64,000 bases of DNA, taken from contig JBDLIM010000011.1 in assembly GCA_039714915.1 (NCBI GenBank), forward strand, positions 1,382 through 65,381. The letters are read 5' to 3'. Every line of letters starts with the position of its first letter. Within the stretch, counting starts at the first letter, position 1. Source of the stretch: Bacteroidota bacterium. Its GTDB lineage: Bacteria; Bacteroidota; Bacteroidia; Bacteroidales; GCA-2748055. Both the position numbers and the translations under genes were made by a program. Under the pieces are notes generated by a model, which did not search any database, was not told the origin of the DNA, and was given only the letters and a program-made list of their open reading frames with translations. Of this stretch, positions 28,008 to 36,202 are shown piece by piece.

Positions 28008-29786
28008 ATGTCCAATAAACCTTCCGGGCTTTCCAGGTTTTGGAAAGAAGTAAAAAGGCGTAATGTCCACCGTTCCCTGGCCATTTACGCAGGTACCGCC
28101 TTTATTATTCTTGAAGCGGCTACTATTATCTTTCCCCGCTGGGATCTCCCCGACTGGAGCATTGACCTGGTACTCTGGCTCCTGATCCTGGGGGCTGTGA
28201 TTAATGTATTTGTGGCCTGGGTATTTGATATTACTCCCCAGGGACTAGAGAAAACAAAACCCATCGAAGAGGTAGCGGAAAGTGAAAAAAGGTCTGATTC
28301 AAAGGGATGGAAAGCAGCCACTTATCTCAGCCTGGTGGTGATAATCGCACTGATAGTCCTGAATACTGTGGGAGGTCCAAAGCAGTTGCAAGCCGGCGAT
28401 ATTCAATCCCTGGTGATCCTTCCCTTTGACAATTTTACCGGGGATGATCAGCTTGAATATTTTGTATCCGGAATGCATTCCTCACTGATTGGGGATATGG
28501 GCCGGATTGGTGGATTGCGGGTGCTCGGTAAGACCTCTTCAAACAAATACCAGGATGTGGATCTGTCAGCCCCTGAAATTGCCAAAGAACTTGAAGTGGA
28601 CGCCGTAGTTGAAGCCACAGTGATGTGCGTGGGTGACAGCATTTGTCTTCAGGTCAGAGTGCTGAGCGTGTTTCCTGAGGAAAAACAACTCTGGATCGCC
28701 GACTATAAGGAGGAAAAGGGTCAGATTTTAAATCTCTATAACCATATCACAAAACAAATTGCAGATGAGGTGAAGGTGGGGCTAACAGCAGGTGAAGAGC
28801 GCCAGTTGGAAGAATCCAGAACGGTCGATCCTGCAGCCCTTGATGCCTATATGAAAGGTCAGTATTACTGGGAGCTGCTTAACCGGGATTCCGTACAAAG
28901 GACCCTGGAATATTTCCAGCTTGCCACTGAGTTAGATCCTGAATGGGCAGACCCATGGGCCGGACTGGCCCTGGCCTGGGGAATGTTCTCTTTTTATGAG
29001 ATTCTTCCCGCGTCTTCAACTAACTCTATGAAAACTAAATTTCTGAACAGGGCACTGGAGCTAAATCCCAATTCAGCTAAAGCACATTTTGTAAATGCCA
29101 CCCATGCGGTCTGGTCCGAATGGGATTGGGAAAAGGGCGAACAGGAATTCCTGAAATCACTTGAGTTAAACCCAAATGATGCCCTTACCAGGTTATATTA
29201 TGCCCACCTGTTAATGATCCTTCGCAGACCGGATGAAGCCCTACAGCAAGCTACTCTTGGATTAGAACTGGATCCATTAAAAGGAATAGTGCATTTTCTA
29301 TACAGCATGGTGTTGATTCATACCGGGAATTATCAGACCGCAATTGATTTCTTCGAAAAAATATTACTGACAAAACCGGATTCACCTTTAGCAAATAGTA
29401 GTATACTGCTTCCTTATTATCTTACCGGAGATTATGAAAAATGGATGCAGGCATGGATAAGAAAAGTCAAATGGAGCGATGAAGCAAAGGCATCCGTGGT
29501 GGGTGCCTTTAATGAGGAAGGTCATATTGCTGCCATCGTGGAGATGTTTAGCTTGAATGAGAAGTATTCCCCCGAAGATTGTTATATGTCTGATGGTATT
29601 AAAATGATCCGATATTTCCATCTCAACAATTATGAAAGAGTGATGGATTACTATGATAAAATGTATGAAACTATAAGCGTAGACATGGCCTACCTGGCAA
29701 CAAGTCCCATTTATGAACAAATGAAAGACAATGCCCGCTATTTAGCGCTACTGAAAAAAATGAAACTTCCCCTGCCTAAGGATTAA
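28008..29786 (+). CDS. Membrane-anchored TolB-like/TPR protein with N-terminal 'FW.EVKRRNV.R' TM hairpin
   Basis: SRFWKEVKRRNVHRS, three TM helices, SLVILPFDNFTGD..EYF..G.. TolB-like domain, TPRs, and a C-terminal ..DMAYL...P.Y..M....RY.ALLKKM.LP. No catalytic domain recognised. Confidence 0.78.
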   Translation: MSNKPSGLSRFWKEVKRRNVHRSLAIYAGTAFIILEAATIIFPRWDLPDWSIDLVLWLLILGAVINVFVAWVFDITPQGLEKTKPIEEVAESEKRSDSKGWKAATYLSLVVIIALIVLNTVGGPKQLQAGDIQSLVILPFDNFTGDDQLEYFVSGMHSSLIGDMGRIGGLRVLGKTSSNKYQDVDLSAPEIAKELEVDAVVEATVMCVGDSICLQVRVLSVFPEEKQLWIADYKEEKGQILNLYNHITKQIADEVKVGLTAGEERQLEESRTVDPAALDAYMKGQYYWELLNRDSVQRTLEYFQLATELDPEWADPWAGLALAWGMFSFYEILPASSTNSMKTKFLNRALELNPNSAKAHFVNATHAVWSEWDWEKGEQEFLKSLELNPNDALTRLYYAHLLMILRRPDEALQQATLGLELDPLKGIVHFLYSMVLIHTGNYQTAIDFFEKILLTKPDSPLANSSILLPYYLTGDYEKWMQAWIRKVKWSDEAKASVVGAFNEEGHIAAIVEMFSLNEKYSPEDCYMSDGIKMIRYFHLNNYERVMDYYDKMYETISVDMAYLATSPIYEQMKDNARYLALLKKMKLPLPKD

Positions 29787-29832
29787 TTTTTATCTTGCAG
29801 GTAAGCTTTTGTAATCCTAAACCAAACAAATC

Positions 29833-30885
29833 ATGAAGCTTTACACTAATGATACCCGAAGAGAATTCTTACGCAAACTAATCGCGGGTACTTCTGCCAT
29901 GGGCATGGCCCCCTTACTGGGCAGCCTGCAATCGTGTTCCTCCACAAGCGCCGGTCCGGGAGCCATCCTCAAAATCCCGCAGCGTCCTCTCGGAGCTACG
30001 GGAGAAAGCGTAGGTATTTACAGCCTGGGAGCCCAGGCCACCGTGGAGCAGGTGGGCATGAGGGACCAGGCCATTGAGATCGTGAATAAGTGTATCGACC
30101 TGGGGATTAATTACATCGATACTTCCGCCTGGTATGGAATGGATGGAAACAGCAGCGAAGGGGACCACCTGAGGGGCACCAGTGAGCGGCATGTGGGCGA
30201 GGTGATGAAAACTAGACGCAGCGAGGTCTTCCTGGCCACCAAGACCCATGACCGGAGTTACGACGGGGCCATGCGTCACCTGGAAAGTTCACTGAAGAAC
30301 CTGCAGACCGAAGTAATTGACCTCTGGCAGATACATAGCATTAAGGGAGGCGGGAATGAAGACATTGATTATATCTTCTCGGATGACGGTTGTTTAAAGG
30401 CCCTGCAAGAGGCTCAGGAAGAAGGAGTGGTCAGGTTCCTCGGAATTTCGGGACACGTCGACCCGGCCCCCATGAAGGAACTGGTGGAACGCTTCCCCTT
30501 TGATGCGATTCTGATGGCCCTGAATGCGGCCGACAAGCATCACAATTCCTACATCGAAAAATTGATTCCCACGGCAGTAGAAAAAGAAATGGGCATCATC
30601 GGAATGAAGATCCCCGCACGCGACCGGATCTTCTCAAAGGGGGGAATCATTACCATGAAGGAGGCCATGAGCTATACCATGTCCCTTCCCATAAGCACCA
30701 TTATTGTGGGGATCGATAAGATTGCCGAACTTGAAGAAAACATAAAGATCGCTCAGGAGTTTGAGCCGCTTACCGCAGATGAGATGCTGGCCATAGAGGA
30801 TAAGGTGAAACCCCACTACGAGCACCTGATGTTTTACAAGGGACTATCTGACTGGCCCGAAGAGTGGTCGGGAAACAATGTGTAA
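29833..30885 (+). CDS. Aldo/keto reductase with a Tat (lipo)protein signal
   Basis: TRREFLRK and LQSC; GINYIDTSAWYG, FLATKT, SLKNLQT..IDLWQIH, VRFLGISGH and GIIGMK motifs. Confidence 0.88.
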   Translation: MKLYTNDTRREFLRKLIAGTSAMGMAPLLGSLQSCSSTSAGPGAILKIPQRPLGATGESVGIYSLGAQATVEQVGMRDQAIEIVNKCIDLGINYIDTSAWYGMDGNSSEGDHLRGTSERHVGEVMKTRRSEVFLATKTHDRSYDGAMRHLESSLKNLQTEVIDLWQIHSIKGGGNEDIDYIFSDDGCLKALQEAQEEGVVRFLGISGHVDPAPMKELVERFPFDAILMALNAADKHHNSYIEKLIPTAVEKEMGIIGMKIPARDRIFSKGGIITMKEAMSYTMSLPISTIIVGIDKIAELEENIKIAQEFEPLTADEMLAIEDKVKPHYEHLMFYKGLSDWPEEWSGNNV

Positions 30886-30895
30886 GGTTTCCTGC

Positions 30896-32833
30896 CTAAT
30901 CCCGTATCAGAAGATGACCTGACTTTGCTTCCCCGGAAGCATTTTCCAATCTGAAAAAGTAAACCCCTTCAGGTAGATTATTTCTCTGCAGGATCAGTTG
31001 ATGTAGTCCTACTTCCAGGTGTCCATAGCTTTCTTTCCTCAAAGTCCGTCCCCGGCTGTCCATCATGCTGAGCCAGAGCTTCTGGTCTTTGATTAGTGTG
31101 ATATTAAGGATGGCCTGCTGTGTAAAGGGATTGGGGAATACACCGAATTGCTGGAAACTCTCAGATTCTATTCCAACTCCCAGAATAGTCAACTCCTCGG
31201 GTTCTGAAATATTTTCAGCCGAATCAGCGGCATAGAGCCAGTATACTCCATTTTCATAGCCCGAGACCAACATATCCGCAGCTTTTCGGGCCTCCACCTC
31301 CATGGAATCCATCATAACCTCGCGAATGGATAGCAAGTCCTTTGGTGTATGCTCAGGCACCAGGTAAACCATTCCTGCTTCTGAGCAAATAAGGACTATA
31401 TTCCCTTGCTGATAGATACTATTAGTAGCTTGCAGGACCGGGGCAATCGTATCATCAGCAGGATCATAGGCACAAAGCCTCATATGCACAGTAGCTATGG
31501 AACGTGACATCAGAGTCAGAAGAGAATCCACCAGGGGGCCCTTCAGTTTGCAATTCTCGCTCTCCGAAGTGGAATAGACGGCCGACTCATGTATGCGGTA
31601 ACCCGGTACGGCCACCCTTATTGACAGGGTATTTGTCAAAGACTTGTTAATCACCACGCAGGTGGCCGAATCTCCTGTGGGGCTTATAAAGGTCAAAGCT
31701 GCTCCATCCGAACCTCTCAGGGAATGATTGATCCTCTTCCAGCCAGGGTGGATAAAAGCAGAGAACTGCTTGAATGCATAAAAATCCTTGGTCTTGATAT
31801 AGCCTTTCTGTGGATCGGTCCATCGATTGCTGTCCCATGGAAATTCCACGGTCACCAGTCCTCCGCTATCCCCCCAAATCAGGTCCCAATAGAGGTAGGC
31901 TACTACCTGCTCTTCGTAAAAGGACTTATAGATCAGTCCGGCCAGGGAGAACCAGTCACCTTTTGAGTACTCGGTCTGAAGGTGTGGGACCTCCGGATGA
32001 AACTCACCCAACTTCGAAAAATCGGAAGATGAATAGGGATCGTTCTCATTCACCCCGTGATACAGATGATGAGAGATGCAATCAAGCTTTGAAAGATCCA
32101 GGGCATTTACGTAGTTTTCTACCCTGTTGTATCCGATCCCCACTGTTTCAGGACCAAGAATAAGGGGTTGGCGATCCATGGTTTGCAGGGTATCATACAC
32201 TTCTTCCAGGGCTTTGTTGTACCCTGCTATGGTATCGTTTGAATTAACAAGTTCAGAAGGATTAAGCAGACAGGACTCCCAGGAGGCCGAGAAGTCAGGT
32301 TCATTCTGAATGCTGATATAGGCAGGTAAGATCCCCCTGGCAGCATATTCATCCAAAGAACCCTTCCACCAGTGAGCAAAACCAGCATAATCAAAGTCCA
32401 CTCCACCTGGCCGGAGTGTGTAGCGCAAAGTTCCTCCGTTTTTCCGGTCCCCTGTGTTTTTCAAATATCCCGGAGGTCCCCAGGAAGTGGAAAACAGGGA
32501 AATGGGATGGCCCAGAGATGCTTCCGCAGCTACCATATACTCCTTAACCCTGCCCACCATGTCGGGATCATAATCATAGGCATTCCTTACCCGAAGGATA
32601 TCCAGGCTCAGTTCTCCAAATATGGCCTCGTAAATCTCTGCTTTTCTGGGATGCGCATTCAGCCAGTTCTCATAGTAGGCCAGGGAGGCTCCAAAGCCAA
32701 TCACAGTTTGTTTCGGTTTATCCGGCTGAAGCACCAGCGTCTCAGTAGTTTGTGCGTTTGAAATAATTGAGAGCAGATGCAGCCCGGCCATTAGAATTCC
32801 AAAATTGAATTTATTGAGGTGTGTGTGATTCAT
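30896..32833 (-). CDS. GH30-family glycoside hydrolase (clan A) with T9SS type-A CTD
   Basis: Q...GFGAS, STSWGPP, acid/base QNEPD, HHLY, nucleophile QTEY, FSAFIHPG.KRI, and CTD VFPNPF...GVYFFRL...LLIRD. Confidence 0.8.
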   Translation of the reverse strand: MNHTHLNKFNFGILMAGLHLLSIISNAQTTETLVLQPDKPKQTVIGFGASLAYYENWLNAHPRKAEIYEAIFGELSLDILRVRNAYDYDPDMVGRVKEYMVAAEASLGHPISLFSTSWGPPGYLKNTGDRKNGGTLRYTLRPGGVDFDYAGFAHWWKGSLDEYAARGILPAYISIQNEPDFSASWESCLLNPSELVNSNDTIAGYNKALEEVYDTLQTMDRQPLILGPETVGIGYNRVENYVNALDLSKLDCISHHLYHGVNENDPYSSSDFSKLGEFHPEVPHLQTEYSKGDWFSLAGLIYKSFYEEQVVAYLYWDLIWGDSGGLVTVEFPWDSNRWTDPQKGYIKTKDFYAFKQFSAFIHPGWKRINHSLRGSDGAALTFISPTGDSATCVVINKSLTNTLSIRVAVPGYRIHESAVYSTSESENCKLKGPLVDSLLTLMSRSIATVHMRLCAYDPADDTIAPVLQATNSIYQQGNIVLICSEAGMVYLVPEHTPKDLLSIREVMMDSMEVEARKAADMLVSGYENGVYWLYAADSAENISEPEELTILGVGIESESFQQFGVFPNPFTQQAILNITLIKDQKLWLSMMDSRGRTLRKESYGHLEVGLHQLILQRNNLPEGVYFFRLENASGEAKSGHLLIRD

Positions 32834-32912
32834 TGCAGATTTCCTTCAAAATAGAACACTATATTCTTACACAATGCTTTGAAATCATAAATATACCCTC
32901 TATTTTTATTAA

Positions 32913-35159
32913 GTGAGTAAGTCCGGGCCCAAAGAAAAAAGAAGCCGTATTGATAGAAGCGTTCCTAAATACTACGGATTCAGGATCTATTTAACTTCTA
33001 CCATTCTTTTCTTTATGCTTGTTATTCCTTTTCTTCTCTTCCTGGGCTACAGGAGCATCCCTGAAATTGCTGAAAAAAGGAAGCTTTTTGGGAATGATTC
33101 AAGTCTTGTGGCCGACTCCCTGTTCGTAGCCGACTCCCTGTTCGTAGCCGACTCCCTGTTCATGGCACTCGACTCCCTGTCAGGCATAGTCCAGCCCGGT
33201 ATTGACAGCATCGTAAGCAGTGCCATCAAACTGGGGGAAAGTTATACCGAAGCCGAGACTGATACTGCTGCTTCCGGTACGCCACGGGTCATAATAGATG
33301 CGGACAGAGAAGACGAGCATGAATCTCCATTCGAAGATGAGGGATACGTTCCAACATATTTCAAGCTCCTGTTCACCCTGTTGATCGCCTCCTACCTGGC
33401 CGGTTTTATTTACAACAGGAGGTTTAAGCGCTACTTCAAGCTAAAGCGGCGACACCAGGAAATACCGGAAAAAATTTCACGGTATTGCAAGAAATACCTT
33501 TTAAATACTCCCATTGTTAACAGCTTTATCCTTACCTCACCCAATCTGCTGGTCCTGCTCTATGCCCTGTTCTTTGTGATTGTACCTTCCAAATTTGAGG
33601 AGGAATTCCAGCGACATATGTTCATCCAGCTTAATTACCTTTCCTTACTGGCTTCCCTGCTGGAATTTCTGTTCGTATACTACTGGCAAAAGCACCGGGT
33701 ACATATTAAGTATATTGAGCACATTTATACCGAAGAGGAACTCAGGGTACAGGTATTTAAACGAAAAGGAGGAAAGATCCGCAACCGCTTCCTGGTGGCC
33801 AGCGGAATGACTACTTTCCTCCCCCTGGTGATCATAATGGTTTACCTCTTACTGAGCCTCACTGCCATTAAAGACCTGGAACTGGAGGAATTCAATATGG
33901 GTCAGAGGGAGATTCTCATCGGACCCTGGAGCACCATATTCAATGCAGATCAGGAGACCGTTTCTGCTGAACAATACAAGAAGCTTTTTTACGTGAATGC
34001 CTTCGATTCCATCGTCATGATGGTGGGAATAGGAAATGGCATCCTGGTTTCTTTCATCTACCTTTTGCTGTTTATCCGGTGGACCAGCAGGGATATTTCC
34101 CGTCCGGTAAAGGAGTTATTGAGCAACATGCGTAACACCAGGGGAGGTGGAGAAGAACGATATACCATAGTCAGAACCAATGACGAGATTGGGGAGCTGG
34201 CAGAGGGCTACAACGAGATGACTCAGAAGATACATGCCTATGTGGAGAATATCTCCAGAATGAACCTGGAGTTGGAGGAAAAGGTGAAAGAGCGAACCCG
34301 GGAAGTGGTGGAGCAGAAAGAGGAGATTGAAGCTCAGAAGGAGGAGATCGAAGCTCAGTTAGACCTGGCCACCTTACAGCGAGATACCATCCTGAACCAG
34401 AAGGAAAAGATTCTGGACAGCATTCGCTATGCCGAAAGAATCCAGTCTGCCATCCTGCCTCCGGTATCCCATTTATCCGATCAGCTCTCCGATCATTTTA
34501 TCCTGTTTAAACCCAGGGATATTGTGAGTGGTGACTTTTACTGGACCCTGCAGCAGGATCATAAAATACTTATTGCTGTGGCCGATTGTACGGGGCATGG
34601 AGTACCCGGTGCCTTCCTGAGCGTACTGGGCATCTCATCCATGAATGAGATCATCAGCCATAACACGGACCTCAGGGCCAATGAGATTCTTGAAAAGCTC
34701 AGGGATTTTATTATCAAATCCCTGCATCAGACCGGCTCTAAAGGCGAAACCCAGGATGGTATTGAGATCGCTTTGTGCATTCTTGATCTGAAGAAACATA
34801 GCATGGAATTTGCCGGGGCAAATCGTCCGGTCTACCTGGTCAGCGGAAATTCCATTCAGCAAATTAAGCCCGACAGAATGCCCATTGGTATTTATGATTA
34901 TGAGGTCCTGCCATTCACCAGGCATGAAGTTAAACTTAAAAAGAATGACTCCATCTATCTCTTCTCAGATGGCTATGTGGACCAGCTGGGGGGACCTTTG
35001 CGTAAAACCTTCAGGTCGAGAAAATTCAGAAAGCTGCTCCTTGATATCCGGGAAAAATCTATGGATGATCAAAAGAGCATCCTGAAAGATACTCTTAAAG
35101 CCTGGCAGGGCGATGTGGAGCAAATTGATGATATTCTGGTGATCGGAATCAGAGTTTAA
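32913..35159 (+). CDS. Membrane HAMP + SpoIIE/PP2C serine phosphatase (SiaA-like)
   Basis: GTG start, multiple TM helices, HAMP (RTNDEIGELAEGYNEM), coiled coil QKEEIEAQKEEIEAQ, and PP2C motifs VSGDFYW, ADCTGHGVPGA, FSDGYVDQ, QIDDIL. Confidence 0.88.
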   Translation: MSKSGPKEKRSRIDRSVPKYYGFRIYLTSTILFFMLVIPFLLFLGYRSIPEIAEKRKLFGNDSSLVADSLFVADSLFVADSLFMALDSLSGIVQPGIDSIVSSAIKLGESYTEAETDTAASGTPRVIIDADREDEHESPFEDEGYVPTYFKLLFTLLIASYLAGFIYNRRFKRYFKLKRRHQEIPEKISRYCKKYLLNTPIVNSFILTSPNLLVLLYALFFVIVPSKFEEEFQRHMFIQLNYLSLLASLLEFLFVYYWQKHRVHIKYIEHIYTEEELRVQVFKRKGGKIRNRFLVASGMTTFLPLVIIMVYLLLSLTAIKDLELEEFNMGQREILIGPWSTIFNADQETVSAEQYKKLFYVNAFDSIVMMVGIGNGILVSFIYLLLFIRWTSRDISRPVKELLSNMRNTRGGGEERYTIVRTNDEIGELAEGYNEMTQKIHAYVENISRMNLELEEKVKERTREVVEQKEEIEAQKEEIEAQLDLATLQRDTILNQKEKILDSIRYAERIQSAILPPVSHLSDQLSDHFILFKPRDIVSGDFYWTLQQDHKILIAVADCTGHGVPGAFLSVLGISSMNEIISHNTDLRANEILEKLRDFIIKSLHQTGSKGETQDGIEIALCILDLKKHSMEFAGANRPVYLVSGNSIQQIKPDRMPIGIYDYEVLPFTRHEVKLKKNDSIYLFSDGYVDQLGGPLRKTFRSRKFRKLLLDIREKSMDDQKSILKDTLKAWQGDVEQIDDILVIGIRV
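33111..33164 (+). repeat. In-frame 18-bp tandem repeat x3 (ADSLFV-ADSLFV-ADSLFM)
   Basis: GCCGACTCCCTGTTCGTA twice, then GCCGACTCCCTGTTCATG, followed by a partial GACTCCCTGT. Confidence 0.9.
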
Positions 35160-35170
35160 TCCGAATTGAT

Positions 35171-35569
35171 CTAAGTGTCGGAGTTGATATATTCGAATTC
35201 AAGCTTCGACATGCGGGACATCTCCTGGCCTACCTCGAGCATATCCTCATCATCTTCTTCGTACAGCCATTTGACCTGGATTTCAACTCCAATATCATTC
35301 AATACATTCAGAGCTTTAAAAATATCAAGGATATATTTGGCCGAGGTGGAATTAAAATATTCAAAATCAAATTCGACTGACAGGCCGGACAGCTCGTCAG
35401 AAGTGCTTTTTTGCTCCCTGGCAAATTTCTCGAGCCATTCCAGAATGGGCAGATAGAATTTGCGCACATTCTCAGGACGCGATTCACCGGAAAACTCAAA
35501 CTTATTTGATCCTGGATCTAGAATAACACTGGGTGAATTAAATGTAGGTTCAATGATTAGCTTTTCCAT
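35171..35569 (-). CDS. siaC: SiaC-family regulatory phosphoprotein (DUF1987)
   Basis: TFNSPSV..D, FSGESRPENVRKFYLPILEWL, FEYFNSTSAKYILDIF and WLYEEDDEDMLE.G match the SiaC pattern. Confidence 0.85.
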   Translation of the reverse strand: MEKLIIEPTFNSPSVILDPGSNKFEFSGESRPENVRKFYLPILEWLEKFAREQKSTSDELSGLSVEFDFEYFNSTSAKYILDIFKALNVLNDIGVEIQVKWLYEEDDEDMLEVGQEMSRMSKLEFEYINSDT

Positions 35570-35572
35570 GAG

Positions 35573-36085
35573 TTATTCTTTTATAATAATTTGCATTTGA
35601 AAAAATGAGTGTATCTGATCAACGATTGTAAACTTGTAGGTAATATCTTTTTCTGTCCTGATCGCCATGGTGATCAGCCCGAGTCCCGCTCCTTTGTCTT
35701 CTTCACCCGCTTCCTGGTTAATCACATCCTCATACAAAGACTTCAGTGCTTCATTGTCGAGCTGGTTGACCCTATCGAGCTTAAACTTGAGATCCTCCAC
35801 AATATCGCTCGTCACCAGGTTTCCAACAGTAACTACAAATTCCTTACCCCGTTTCTTTACCGAAAGCACGGGCAGTTTCTTCTTGCTCTGCTTCTCTTCC
35901 GCATTGCCTGCAGCATACTTGTAAATATTATCCATAGACTCAACCACGGTTCCATAAAGCCTTTTCCGGGCTGGCTTTTTCATCTCTGTAAAAGCCTTTG
36001 AAGAACGCAGCCTGTTAAGTATCATCTCCATGGTAGCAAAGGAGATAGGGCCCTTAAAATCTATGATAACTTCAGCTTTCGACAT
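35573..36085 (-). CDS. siaB: SiaB-family protein kinase (DUF6272)
   Basis: Likely start MSKAEVII at 36085. FKGPIS, VVESMDNIYKY, VGNLV and GAGLGLITMA (GHKL-like boxes). Its stop is 3 nt from the siaC start. Confidence 0.82.
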   Translation of the reverse strand: MSKAEVIIDFKGPISFATMEMILNRLRSSKAFTEMKKPARKRLYGTVVESMDNIYKYAAGNAEEKQSKKKLPVLSVKKRGKEFVVTVGNLVTSDIVEDLKFKLDRVNQLDNEALKSLYEDVINQEAGEEDKGAGLGLITMAIRTEKDITYKFTIVDQIHSFFQMQIIIKE

Positions 36086-36202
36086 AAAATTTTCAGTCCA
36101 CAGAATCCTGTAAGATCTGCGGGACAAAGTAATAAAAAAAAGTCTAATAAGTTTGTAACCTCTTAAATTTGAATATATTCGTATATCTCAAATTAGCGTT
36201 CC

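Noticed and set aside
34318-34361. 21-bp near-duplicate encoding EEIEAQK-EEIEAQL
   Set aside because: An ordinary heptad coiled-coil repeat preceding SpoIIE domains.
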